The translations under genes were made by a program, and so were the position numbers. Under the pieces are notes generated by a model that was not told the origin of the DNA, did not search any database, and was given only the letters and a program-made list of their open reading frames with translations. From Octopus bimaculoides (taxonomy: Eukaryota), in contig NC_068983.1 of the NCBI RefSeq assembly GCF_001194135.2, forward strand, positions 160,802,899 through 160,842,689: a stretch of 39,791 nucleotides of DNA, written 5' to 3'. This document shows, piece after piece, positions 23,471 to 35,385 of this stretch (its first letter is position 1; each line of letters opens with the position of its first letter).

Positions 23471-23824
23471 GATTCCTCTCCACTTCATGCATAAAACATC
23501 AGCAGATGAATATAGATAAGTTTTAATTAACCAGCAATATTGAAGACTGATTATTTAAAACTATCACGTATTCCATCGACTCAGTGAAGACCGAATTAAA
23601 GAACTATGATGGCAAAAGCCACAATATATTGGGAAAATAAAGAAAATACAAAGTCCAATAAAAATAAAGGAATAAATTTTAAAATAGCATTGATAAAATT
23701 AATGAAAATAATCAAACGATATGCCACAGCTTTTAGATGTGGACAATCGCAATTTTATGCTGAATCGAGAACATTTTCTAAGGTTAGGCAAGTCTTTAGT
23801 TTCAGGCTTTGGTAATATTTGACT

Positions 23825-24205
23825 GTGGAGGCGCAATGGCCCAGTGGTTAGGGCAGTGGACTCGCGGTCATAGGATCGCGGTTTCGATTCCCAGACCGGG
23901 CGTTGTGTGTGTTTATTGAGCGAAAACATCTAAAGCTCCACGAGGCTCGGCAGGGGATGGTAGCAAACCCTGCTGTACTCTTTCACCACAACTTTCTCTC
24001 ACTCTTACTTCCTGTTTCTGTTGTGCCTGTAATTCAAAGGGTCAACCTTGTCACACTGTGTCACGCTGAATCTCCCCGAGAACGACGTTAAGGGTACACG
24101 TGTCTGTGGAGTGCTCAGCCACTTGCACGTTAATTTCACGAGCAGACTGTTCCGTTGATCGGATCAACCGGAACCCTCGACGTCGTAAGCGACGGAGTGC
24201 CAACA
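23825..24205 (+). mobile_element. Full-length tRNA-derived SINE family C with 11-bp TSD
   Basis: tRNA-like head GGAGGCGCAATGGCCCAGTGGTTAGG...GGTTTCGATTCCC with A and B boxes. TSD AATATTTGACT at 23814-23824 and 24206-24216. Confidence 0.93.
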
Positions 24206-24699
24206 AATATTTGACTAGAATATAATGTCTCAAATAAGGAAAATACCGTCAAGAAAAAACAGATAGTAAGAATACATATGAATAGACAAACCTAATCAAG
24301 CATCTAACAAAAGAATTAATAAAAGGCAATATTAAAGATTTCCACTGTCATTTGCAACTGTATATGCTCATGTAAAAGCCCAATTCTTTAGGTTATTAAG
24401 TTCTCAAATGATTTGTAAAAGAATGAAAAATGCAATTAATTACCACAGTGATACAGATGTTAAGTATCAAACATACGTCGTTCTAAATAACAACACTCGT
24501 AAATAAAGCCACACAGTTGTTATAAAAGTTTAATCTTGGCCTTTTACTCGTTTCTATCACATTCAGCAAGCTAGCTTAGTGAAATCAATTAACATTCGAT
24601 AATTATGGTATATCATCACTAACATTTAAGTGCAGGAGTAAGCCTTTCACTCAAAAATATTGAGCTGCTTACCGTTAAGGACAAGGAACTACTTTTACA

Positions 24700-25060
24700 C
24701 AACATATATGGAAAATTTCAGATTTTGAGCCACAAATAAGGTGTTAACTATACATAAGACCATTTTGTATTCGGGTACAGACCGTAGCTTAATTCGTCAG
24801 AATGAACAAGCAGGAAATAAAAGAGAATATCGGTTCTAGAGACACAGAAGACTACTGACCACATCAAAGTCTATCAATTAACTATAATTTGATAGCATAT
24901 ATAAATATACAGTACTTTATTCTAAAAATACCAATTAATGCTCGAGCACTCGACATAAACAAATTAATATACTACTCTACAGCTAATATTAGGACAGAAT
25001 AACATTAAATACAATGAAAACCTTGGACTAAAATAGAACATTCCTGATTGAATCGTCAAC
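24700..25060 (+). mobile_element. Possible very old RTE-like LINE remnant
   Basis: Only faint motifs (IRP..LYG-like near 24757, LQLI-like near 24976), with no continuous frame. Confidence 0.25.
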
Positions 25061-25984
25061 ATCTATGCAGATAGTAACCCAGTCAGAGTTCTTCCCATAA
25101 CATGTAAAATACCGCCAGAGAATAGTATGAAGATATGGGAGTGAAAAAGAGGAGAAAGACATGAAATGTCAGCAAAATAGTTATAGTAGAAAGGAAAGAT
25201 ATTTAAACAGAGAACAAATTCAATGTAGTCTTTACGCCTTTTACCATAAGAGAGAATTTCTTCTCTACGGTAACTGAAGTGAATTAGCCTTTAGAAGCTG
25301 AAATGTGTTACAAAAATATTTTAAATAGCCTAAAGTTTGCTTGTGCCTAATCTCTGCTTGGTGTTGATACTGCCGATTTTATTTCGGCTGGGCTATACAG
25401 CTAATCAGTTGTTGACTGATTTTTAGTTGAAGCTAAGGCTTTAAATCTGCCCAAAATTACCTCTAGGAATCCGAAAGGGGGCAGCACTGGGTAGATGTGG
25501 TGTTTTTACACCTTGTACCATAAGAGAGAATTTTTTCCCTACGGAGAAATGGTACACAAATACAAATGTAAATAACAGGACATTAACAACAGGTGTCTTT
25601 CGACTAAGGACGAATTAAATTAAGCTGGCAGTGACATAAGAGATGACAGGCATGGGGAGGAATATAGATGTTGCACGGATGGTAGTCGAACCAAGAAAGA
25701 AAGGTCAGGCTTGGCCGAACACCGGTCATGTGGAGAGAGAGAGAGAGAGGGGGGTGAGGTAGAGGCAGGGGGATAGAAAAATTAGGGAGGGACGAGAAAA
25801 AAGAAAAGGGACAGTGGGAAATGAAAGAGGAGAGAAGGTGGGAATGAAGAGAAAACCCGGAAATGTGAGAGAGGAGGAACGAAAGAAAGAAGAGTGGAAA
25901 GAACGAAGTAAGTGTGAAGGGACTGAGAGAAAGAAAGAAAGAATGAAAGAATAAGAGAGTCGTACAAAATTTAGATATATATGC

Positions 25985-26460
25985 ATCTATGAGTACAGGA
26001 CGTCACAGACAGTAAACAACATGAAATGCGAGAACAAATAAGTTGAATACGCAAACAACGAGAGAAACAAATGGAAAACAGGACAAGTAACATAAAGAAC
26101 GACCCTTCATTAGTTGTTGACTGCCTATCTACTCCTCATTTCGAGCATTGAACGAGAATATGTCTTCAAAAGGCAGTTGCTCCCACAAAAGCCAAAATAA
26201 AAATTTGGATTTTATGGAGGTTCAAAGCTGGTAACGAAAACAGGACAGTGGAGACATACAAGGAAACCGAACACTCATTCCTCCACTTCACACTCTACTT
26301 CATATCTTATCTAGAATAACTATTGCTTGCCCATTTTCTCAGACCGTCTCCAATGAAGGGATATATAAAATATCCCGGAAACAGCTGTAAGACCTTCTAT
26401 ATATAAATGGTCTAAAATTTTTCACACCCTTGGATTTTTATCTCATTCTGAAATTTTATA
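25985..26460. mobile_element. Penelope-type terminal (pLTR) remnants in mixed orientation
   Basis: Ends in (TA)n and contains a hammerhead-like motif at 26346-26393. The Penelope assignment is inferred from the known association of these motifs with PLE termini. Confidence 0.45.
26346..26393 (+). ncRNA. Minimal type I hammerhead ribozyme-like motif with mutated core
   Basis: Stem I GTCT/AGAC; core CCAATGA (consensus CTGANGA); perfect 7-bp stem II GGGATAT/ATATCCC; GAAAC; palindromic stem III ACAGCTGT; GTA cleavage triplet at 26387-26389. Confidence 0.65.
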
Positions 26461-26569
26461 TATATATATATATATATATATNNNNNNNNNNNNNNNNNNN
26501 NNNNNNNNNNNNNNNNNNNNNNNNNNNNNNNNNNNNTATATATACATATATAGTGAGAGAGAGAGAGAG

Positions 26570-26640
26570 AGAGAGAGCTGGGTGGTTAAGATGTTCTTTA
26601 CGCAACCATGTAATTTCGAGTTTTGTTCACCAACCCAGCT
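26570..26640 (+). mobile_element. SINE family B head fragment
   Basis: GCTGGGTGGTTAAGATGTTCTTTACGCAACCATGTAATTTCGAGTT resembles the family B tRNA head. Confidence 0.45.
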
Positions 26641-26985
26641 TGCGTTGAATCATTGAGCTAACTAATAACTTGCAGGTGGGACTTTGTAGACGGATATTGA
26701 GGAAAGAGGAATCGGTTCTGTGATCGCGTGTCTATGTGTATGTGTGTGTGTATGTGTTTATTTGTGTTTATGTAATCACTGTTAGTGTTTGCCCATGTAA
26801 AATGATTTCGAGTTTCTGCAATGTGTACCAAATGCATACCTAGCGTTCCAGTGACAACATGTCTATGAAATAATTGCCGAACTGAAATTAGTACTCAGAT
26901 CGATAGGATCGATTAAAAACTTTTCGGGGCAGTGCACCTAGTATCATGGCTTCAGTCAGATGATTGTAACAAGTAAAACTACACG

Positions 26986-27057
<72 letters not shown>

Positions 27058-27084
27058 TATATGGAGAGGAGAGAGAGAGAGGTA

Positions 27085-27141
27085 GATAGATTGCTAGATA
27101 GATAGACAGAGAGACAGCCAGACAGACAGACAGACAGACAT

Positions 27142-27240
<99 letters not shown>
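27085..27240. repeat. Compound (GATA)n/(GACA)n microsatellite, preceded by (CA)n at about 26980-27053
   Basis: Direct reading. Confidence 0.96.
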
Positions 27241-28089
27241 TGTGTGATGAATGCATGCATGTGAGTGCTTGTGTATGTGGTAGTTAGAGTAGAAGATGTG
27301 AGCGCCCATCAATCCATAAACACTTTTTAGAAAGCTTGACTGTTCGTGTTTGTAACGCCAAGAAAACAAACAAGAATCCGAAATCAGTGTTGAAATGCCA
27401 TTTTCCAATTGTATTACCAATGTTTGCAGCACAGTACCTCAACACACATATCTATTTGTTCTTTATTAACAATTTCAATTACAATGAAACATGCCAGAGT
27501 TGTATTAATCGGCGCCAGGATACTTGAGTAGACTGTGCTATAGTATTTTCGTACTAAACGAGTCAACTACTAAAGGTCAATGAGTGGATGTCAAATTACA
27601 AATGTTTGTGTATTTATGTATAACTAAATAATCTTATCTCTGCGTCTTAGCTGCCAATATGTGTACACTATATTCTGCTGATCATGATATCTTTTACTTT
27701 TCTAGTGTTTTTGGTTTTTGTTTTTGTTTCTTATGGACTATGTGATCAGTTCATAAAATGTGAATAAGCACTCCAGTTGACACCAAGTCATTGTGTCGCG
27801 CTTCTGTTTTTCTTTTTTTCTTTTTTAGATTAACTCAACATGCAGCCCTTAAAGAGTCTGCTACTATTATTCTTTTTTGTATTCTGTATTCATTGAATCC
27901 ATTGGCAATGATTCCGCAATCATAGACCGTTACCTAAAAAAAAAAAAATAGGCAGAAGTTTTGAATAAAATGCTTTTGGTCAATTTTTCATGACCTTAGA
28001 GTGTTTTGAACACGCATTTTTTTTTTTTATTTTTTTTTAATTTTTTTTTACTTGCTGAGTTTAGATAATGACGATGGATCCCTGACTCT

Positions 28090-28990
28090 TGATATCGTTA
28101 ATATTCCATATAAACTGGTCAAAATAAAATGAACGAGAAGATTCTAGAGGGACGATGTTCTGGATAAAAAAAATTGGAAATAGTAATTAGTGGGGAGGAG
28201 GGTTTGAATATACCAAAGACACCGAGAGGTCGAGAACCAGGTGAGGTGGAGGGGCCTGAGTAGTAGAGGTATGAGACCAACCAGCCCTGAGGAGTAGAAA
28301 CTGTTATAGGAACGATAGAAAAGAGAGAAAGGGTAAACAGTACGCCTGTGACCAGAGCCTGGAGTGTGTCTATTTGTTGGGTGCCAAATAGCCGCGAGGC
28401 CCTTCTCTGGATGCGATCCTGATTGTCAATGTGCATAGCGGCAACACCGTGCCAGAAATGTAAGTTATACTCCATTACGAGATTCAGTTGAGTTTTGTAG
28501 AATGTCAGCAGTTGTTGAAATATTTTCAAGTTTGAAAGATAAAAGCTGACTTTTGTGATGCAGTCCTGGCAATGCTAGGGACATGCTTTTCCCAGGAGCG
28601 ATTCTAGGTTATAGTGAGACTTATAATTTGGAGTGATTGAGAAGGCGCTAGCAAAGTGCTGCGCATGTTTAGGAGTGTGGCTCGATGTGTTTTTTTTCTT
28701 GATATACGTAATGCTTCAGCATTCGCTGCTAAGAGACAATGATGCTCTCAAGGTTTCTGTGTATGCAATAAATGCAGAGTTTTGTCATCTGCATAAAAGT
28801 AGATGTTTGTCGAAAATGGAAGCAAGCAGATCATTTAAACACTCGCCGCACTGTTGCATTCATAATACGAAGCTACTGAATTTAGAGATGACACATGCAA
28901 CATGCACGTTACATTCATTAATGGGAAGCATGGGAAACAACCTTTCTTTCAAAGGTGCTTTATTACAAGAAGGGCTTAAATTTTATTGGC
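28090..28990 (-). mobile_element. L2/CR1-group LINE 3' fragment (RT C-terminus), disrupted
   Basis: Minus-strand FYADDKTLH (YADD at 28784-28795), LTIT..SWEKHV and LLTFYKTQLNLVMEYNLHFWHG...QDRIQRRASRL. Confidence 0.82.
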
Positions 28991-29076
28991 ACTATAAGTT
29001 TGTGATTGCTCCCCCTATAACTGTATCCGGAATAATTCGAGGTTTTATTTCAAGTTTAGTCAATATATCTCTTTTG

Positions 29077-29284
29077 GCTGTGGCGAGCTGGCGGAGATGT
29101 TAGCACGCCGGGCAAAATGCTTATCGGTCTTTCGTCTATCTTCATGTTCTGAGTTCAAATTCCGCCGGGATCAACTTTGCCTTTCATCCTTTCGGGGTCG
29201 GTAAATTAAGTACCAGTTACGTATAGGGGTCGATCTAACCGACTGGCCCAATCTCCCAAAATTTTGGGGTTTGTGCCTGAAAAG
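29077..29284 (+). mobile_element. SINE family A with 15-bp TSD
   Basis: Family A head, body and tail. TSD AATATATCTCTTTTG at 29062-29076 and 29285-29299. Confidence 0.94.
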
Positions 29285-29689
29285 AATATATCTCTTTTGA
29301 AGCTGAAAATAAAATCGATCTGGTTATATTTCTCAGGTTGAATGCCATATTATTATTTTTGACACTTGATACTAAAATATTATACTTAGTATTATTATTA
29401 AGCGTTTTGAAAACCCTTATAATTTTACTCTCCTGATAGATTTTTTTCTTGGAAGGAAAATACAATTAAGCAGATTTGTAATGCTACTATTCTTACAGAA
29501 AAGTGTTTGGAATACCAAAATACATTAGCGAATACTAGATGCTAAGCGGACGTCAAATAAACATGCACAATATAGTTTTAGTTGGAAATTTACAAATGAT
29601 GCCAATCAAAGATATATCCGTTCACTGAGCCTTTTCAATGTGTTCCTAGAATACAAACATAGTAATGTTGACCCTTCAGTCTGTTGAAG

Positions 29690-30035
29690 GAAATGTTTAA
29701 GCGGGTGGTAGAGAAGTCAGTAATTTCCATTTTGTCGATGATCTTGATTTAATTGTGCATGTTTTGATACATTTTCGGGAAGCTTTGGAAAATAAGTGCT
29801 GAAAATGGCTAAATAGAGTAGGACTTGGACGATAATAGAAATAATCAATCTCAGAGAAGTAGCAAGGGTGACTCTGCATAAGGTTGGTGAACTTAAACAC
29901 CTGAGAAGAACAATAACGGAAGCCGTGAGATCAAAGAAAGAGTTCAAATACGGAATTGACACAATTAAAGTGGGCTTTGACAAAATTAGATCTATTTGGA
30001 AAAATAAATTAAAAGATTACAATAAAATAAAAAAC
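29690..30035 (+). mobile_element. RTE-clade LINE RT fragment, degraded
   Basis: GGREVSNFHFVDDLDLI (FADD-like), then KVGELKHLRRTITE...GFDKIRSIWKNK, resembling the RTE FKYLG...IWK segment. Confidence 0.65.
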
Positions 30036-30067
30036 AATTATCATATTTATCATAAGTTTATCATAAA

Positions 30068-30448
30068 GCGCAGGAGTGGCTGTGTGGTAAGTAGCTTGCT
30101 TACCAACTACATGGTTCCGGGTTCAGTCCCATTACGTGGCACCTTAGGCTAGTGTTTTCTACTATAGCCTCGGGTCGACCAAAGCTTTGTGAGTGGATTT
30201 GGAAGACGGAAACTGAAAGAAGCCCGTCGTATATATGTATATGTATATATATATGTGTGTGTTTGTGTGTCTATGTTTGCCCCCACCCCCAACATCGCTT
30301 GACAACCGATGCTGGTGTGTTTACGTCCCCGTAATTTAGCGGGGTACTAGGCTGACAAAGAATAAGTCCTGGGGTCGATTCGCTCGACTAAAGGCGGTGC
30401 TCCAGCATGGCTGCAGTCAAATGACTGAAACAAGTAAATGAGTAAATG
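30068..30448 (+). mobile_element. SINE family B, near full length with an internal deletion
   Basis: tRNA head GCGCAGGAGTGGCTGTGTGGTAAG...GGTTCCGGGTTCAGTCCC, a central TA/TG tract, and tail GGCGGTGCTCCAGCATGGCTGCAGTCAAATGACTGAAACAAGTAAA. Confidence 0.94.
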
Positions 30449-31084
30449 GGAATATTAAGAACGATAGCAATTTTAGTGGGGCATTTGGTGCTAAAAGTCA
30501 GCAAAATAATCATAGACTTTGCAATGCGATGTTATGGAAAGATTATACGTATTCCATAATCAGATCATAGAACTAACAGTTTGTAAACCGTGACACTCTT
30601 CAGTCAGTTACCGAATGAAGGAAAATATAGTAGTTTTGTTATAAAAAACGACATCATTATTTCCAGCCTGAAACAAATATGGCCATGCATTGAAAATTAT
30701 TGTGGAAAAAGAGTAATGGTGTTTAAGCGACGTGAAGAGCAGACTCCGACGAAAACGGCGGAAAACTTAAAATCAGCTTGTACACTAACAGAAAAGCATG
30801 AATCTTTTGTCATTGGGTGACAGATTTGATCGTTTGATTTTGAAGACAAGACGATGTTCAAGTTTAATCATTTTTCTTAATGACTTCTGTTATTTTTGTT
30901 TTAACGTTTAGTTTGGAGAAAAGCGTTCTTCTGAACATCAACGTTAGTAGATATTCCCGATATTTTCTTCTGAATGAAGTGTTTATTTGCGGCGTTTAGT
31001 TTTATTCCTGCGTTTTTATAGTGATCAGCAAAGATCATTATGGCTGTTACTGATAATATCGTCATCGTCCCAATATTCTCACGA

Positions 31085-31153
31085 ACATACATACATTCAT
31101 TCATACATACATACATACATACATACATACATACATACATACATACATACATG
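31085..31153. repeat. (CATA)n microsatellite
   Basis: Direct reading. Confidence 0.95.
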
Positions 31154-31336
31154 CATGCATGAGAGTTGTCGACTCGTTAAACGAGTAGGACCATGGTTGA
31201 CCAAATAAAATGTGTCACAGCATTACATGTTGTGAGAACGGCAATGGCTCTTGAATCCTGCCCGCGACTCACAGATACCGTGTGTATGTGTACACGTATA
31301 TGTATATCGATACATACACACGAAATATACACAGGA

Positions 31337-31376
<40 letters not shown>

Positions 31377-32509
31377 TTTGTGTGTGCATGCGAAGATAAG
31401 TATTTCAGGACGTAACCTGCCTTTACATGAATCTCATGAAGTCAGTTTACTATTGTTAGTTCAAGATAAGTGAGAAGTCTTAAGCTTTGAGTCACGCAAG
31501 TGATTGATGGTCGTGATATTCCTTGTAGTATTAGTTCTGTGGATGAAGTACGATCAAAGTAGAATGAATTCGACTGAACCGAGCCTATGACTATTTCGTA
31601 TTTCTAGTTACTTCACCTTATGTAATTAAAGCCCACGTGATAGCACGTCACAAAGCTCTTTTTCTTTTTGTTTTTGTCATTTCGTCCTTGACCTTAGGTA
31701 ATAAGTCATTATCCGCGAATGTAAAAGATTAAGGAAAGGCTTATTACGTAAACTATAAGTATAGGAAGAAAAGAAACTGTCTACCACAGCCATGTCACAA
31801 TTTGAATCAGAACTACAAAACTCAACAAGAAAATAAAATTTCGTATATAAATATCATATGCTATGTAAACAAAGAAATCAATTCCACCAACAAAATTAAT
31901 TGAAATTATAGCATATCCATTAACGAAGCTCGTGACTAACATGAGCCAAACAACCTAGAGGAAATAAACCAAATTTGTTTTGAAAATAAATGATCATGTC
32001 GTTATGAATGTTATTATGCTTACTTACGACCGATATGTTAATGCATATCATTTTATATATGTTGCATATTTTATCAGGTCGACCTTCACGGTCTAATTGT
32101 TCAATGTTGCTTATACAACCGTATTATATGTATAAAACAAAATTAGTGATAAACGTTGATCGGGCTATCCAATTTCTTCTATTATTTTCTAAATTAAATG
32201 CCATGCAAATTGTAATAAATCTGTTCTTAAATTCTTTATTGCCACCAACCTTAGATTATTTAATTTTAAAATTAGTGCCATTGCATTTCCTCAATTATAT
32301 ATTGAAGTAGCCTATAAAATATTTTATTTTCATATTTACTAACATTATTAAGCTCAATCGACTAAACACACTATCTTGGTCACTGTCAAAGAATATAGAC
32401 TTAACAGCAGAAAGATTTTTTTCTTCAACATTATGTTCTCCAGCATCTCCAGAAATACTCCAAAAAATCATTCTCTGATTGCGAATCTTCAGCGTACATC
32501 TTCCCAACA

Positions 32510-33350
32510 GTGATTCTCAAACAGCAGATTTTATCACAATGACTGTATAACAACAGATTTTATCACACAAGATTTTATTACAAGGACTGTATAACAACAG
32601 ATTTTATCACACAAGATTTTATTACAAGGACTGTATAACAACAGATTTTATCACACAAGATTTTATTACAAGGACTGTATAACAACAGATTTTATCACAC
32701 AAGATTTTATTACAAGGACTGTATAACAACAGATTTTATCACACAAGATTTTATTACAAGGACTGTATAACAACAGATTTTATCACACAAGATTTTATTA
32801 CAAGGATTGTATAACGGCAGGTTTCACAATAACTAGCAACAGATTTAATCACAGTCACTGTATAACGTCAGATTTTCTCACAATGACATTCTAAATACTG
32901 ATTTCATCATATTGATTGTATAACAACAGATTTTTTCCACAATGACTATCGAACGCCAAATTTTCGTACGATGGTGGTTTAACAACAGATTTCGTACAAA
33001 AGCTGTTTAACAAGAGATTTTCTCCAATAACTGGCCAAGAATAAGATTTTTACCTTGGCAGTCTAACAACAAATCTTTTTACCATGACCGTTTAACAGTA
33101 AGATTCATAGAATAACTGTCTAACATTTTATGTTACATAATTACATCCTATTTCTTGCATTAATCCTCTAACAAGCAATTCCTCTAACAACAATGACTCT
33201 CAAACAATTTATTTCCCACAATGACTCCCTAACAAAATGTTTGCTGTACTGACTCTCAAAAAGACATAATTCTTATAATGCTTCACTAACAATAGATTTC
33301 CAACATATTTTCTACAACTTTATAACAACAGATTTCCAATACATTTTTTC
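32510..33350 (+). repeat. Minisatellite: six identical 44-bp units (32541-32804) within a degenerate ~28-29-bp array
   Basis: Unit GACTGTATAACAACAGATTTTATCACACAAGATTTTATTACAAG starts at 32541, 32585, 32629, 32673, 32717 and 32761. Decayed ~29-bp units flank it; the right boundary is approximate. Confidence 0.93.
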
Positions 33351-34180
33351 TAACTGAAAGTTTGTTATAAAATATTACTACCAGTAACTAGCAAATAACA
33401 GGTTCTTCAACCAGAATTCTCTAAAAAGAGCATATTAATATAATTTCTTCAGAAGTGAATTTCCCGTGGTATACTAGTGTCTACAGTCATCATTATACAC
33501 CCTGTACAATTGAATCCAACATTTGCATATTCATTTCATCGTTTTCACAATAACCGTTCCATCAAGTACGTTATAATATCCTACTCTTTGATTGTTTCCA
33601 GTGAACTTAACTGCGTACCGTGGAAGGTAGGTAACTACTGCATCAGCATCAGTCATGAAAATGGAACTAACAGAAAGTATGTGAACGGGATCGGAATTAA
33701 CCCAAATCAAGAAATCTTTTAATCGTTTCCTTGACTCTATAACGCACCTCAGGATTTGCGTGTAGCTTTGTGATTATGTTAACCACCGTTATCTATTCAT
33801 TATACTAGGAATTGGACTATAAGCTACTAAACCTACTTTTATATCCACACACATACGAGGATAAGTACAAATAAATTCTCATAGTTTCAGATACTCCATC
33901 TGATAAAAACTTAACTTCCTTTCTCTTTAAAACTCTGAAACTGCGGTGGTCAGTCAGCTTTCAAGAAATAGCTGTCATATACCATTTTAAAATACAAAGT
34001 ATCAAATGAATAAAAGGAAGTATGTGTTTAATACTGGAAACATAGATACGCAGTAATACAGACAATAAAGAAATTATTTATTCATTGCTGTAATGCTTTT
34101 AATCATAAATATTATCAGTCAAGTCTAGCATAAAACTCAACACTGACATTAGTCTCAAGTTACACAATAGTGTGACAAAA

Positions 34181-34410
34181 GCGGCGAGCTGGCAGAAACG
34201 TTAGCAGGCCGGGCGAAATGCTTAGCGGTATTTCGTCTGCCGCTACGTTCTGAGTTCAAATTCCGCCGAGGTCGACTTTGCCTTTCATCCTTTCGGGGTC
34301 GATAAATTAAGTACCAGTTACGCACTTGGGTCGATATAATCGACTTAATCCGTTTGTCTGTCTTTGTTTGTCCCCTCTGTGTGTAGCCCCTTGTGGGCAG
34401 TAAAGAAATA
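34181..34410 (+). mobile_element. Young SINE (family A head, alternative tail) with 19-bp TSD
   Basis: TSD ACACAATAGTGTGACAAAA at 34162-34180 and 34411-34429. Tail TGTAGCCCCTTGTGGGCAGTAAAGAAATA. Confidence 0.96.
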
Positions 34411-34469
34411 ACACAATAGTGTGACAAAAATATGTATTACAGTAGCTATTGTAATATTATACAATAAGG

Positions 34470-34680
34470 GAAGGTGGCGGGGTGGTAGAACGTACACCTA
34501 GCGAAATGCTCGGCGGCATTGCTTCCGTCTTTAAGTTCTGAGTTCAAATTCCGCTGAGATTGACTTTGCCTTTCATTCTTTCGGAGTCGATAAATTAAGT
34601 ACCAGTCGCCTATTGGGTCGATTTAATCGACTGGCCCCTATCCCCCAAAATTTCGAGCTTGTACCTAGAGTAGAAAAGAA
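34470..34680 (+). mobile_element. SINE family A, chimeric head
   Basis: Family A body and tail ending CTAGAGTAGAAAAGAA. The head and 5' flank duplicate those at 34681. Confidence 0.85.
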
Positions 34681-34693
34681 TATACAATAAGGG

Positions 34694-35148
34694 AAGTTGG
34701 CGAGGTGGTAGAACGCACACTTAGCAAAATGCTCGTCGGTATTGCTTCCGGCGAGCTGGCAGAAACGTTTGCACGCCGGGCGAAATGCTTAGCGGTATTT
34801 CGTCTGCCACTGCGTTCTGAGTTCAAATTCCGCCGAGGTCGACTTTGCCTTTCATCCTTTCGGGGTCGATAAATTAAGTACCAGTTACGCACTGGGGTCG
34901 ATATAATCGACTTAATCCATTTGTCTGTCCTTGCTTGTCCCCTCTGTGTGTAGCCCCTTGTGGGCAGTAAAGAAATAGGTATTGCTTCCGTTTTTACGTT
35001 CTGAGTTCAACCTCTGCCGAGATCGACTCCGGCGTTTATCCTTTCGGAGTCGATAAAATAAGCATCAGCTGATCACTGAGGTCGACATAATAGACTTACT
35101 CCCTCCCATGAAATTGCTGACCTTATGCCAAAATTTGAAATCGATATT
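34694..35148 (+). mobile_element. Old SINE family A split by a nested young SINE
   Basis: Head at 34694-34750 and body resuming at 34978-35148. Confidence 0.85.
34751..34977 (+). mobile_element. Young SINE (family A head, alternative tail) nested in an older SINE, 13-bp TSD
   Basis: TSD GGTATTGCTTCCG at 34738-34750 and 34978-34990. Near-identical to 34181-34410. Confidence 0.95.
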
Positions 35149-35160
35149 CAATAAAAATAA

Positions 35161-35385
35161 AGCAGCAAGCTGGCAGATTCATTAATGCGCCGAAAGAAAT
35201 CCATTTGCGCCATTTCTTCCCACTTTATGTTCTGAATTCAAATGCCGTTGAGATCGACTTTGCCTTTCTTCTTTTCGGAGTTGATATAATAAGTATCATT
35301 TGAGCATTAGGGTCGATGTAATCGACTTACTCACTTTCCCGAAATTGCAGGCCCTGTACCATAATTAGAAACCAATATTATACCA
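35161..35385 (+). mobile_element. Old SINE family A
   Basis: GCAAGCTGGCAGATTC...GTTCTGAATTCAAATGCC...GGGTCGATGTAATCGAC. Confidence 0.82.

Noticed and set aside
23825-23900. tRNA gene at the head of SINE family C, and similarly for the family A and B heads
   Set aside because: The tRNA-like A/B boxes run into a SINE body flanked by a TSD, and no complete cloverleaf is evident.
26085-26155. Minus-strand CTAATGAAGGG hammerhead-like core, plus CAGAAAC motifs near 26815 and 38910
   Set aside because: The partner half of the core or the stems is missing; too degenerate to support.
28633-29103. 156-aa plus-strand ORF as a host gene
   Set aside because: It is the antisense frame of the minus-strand LINE RT remnant and runs into a SINE.
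32541-32804. CRISPR-like array
   Set aside because: The units are contiguous with no unique spacers, there are no cas genes and the context is eukaryotic.
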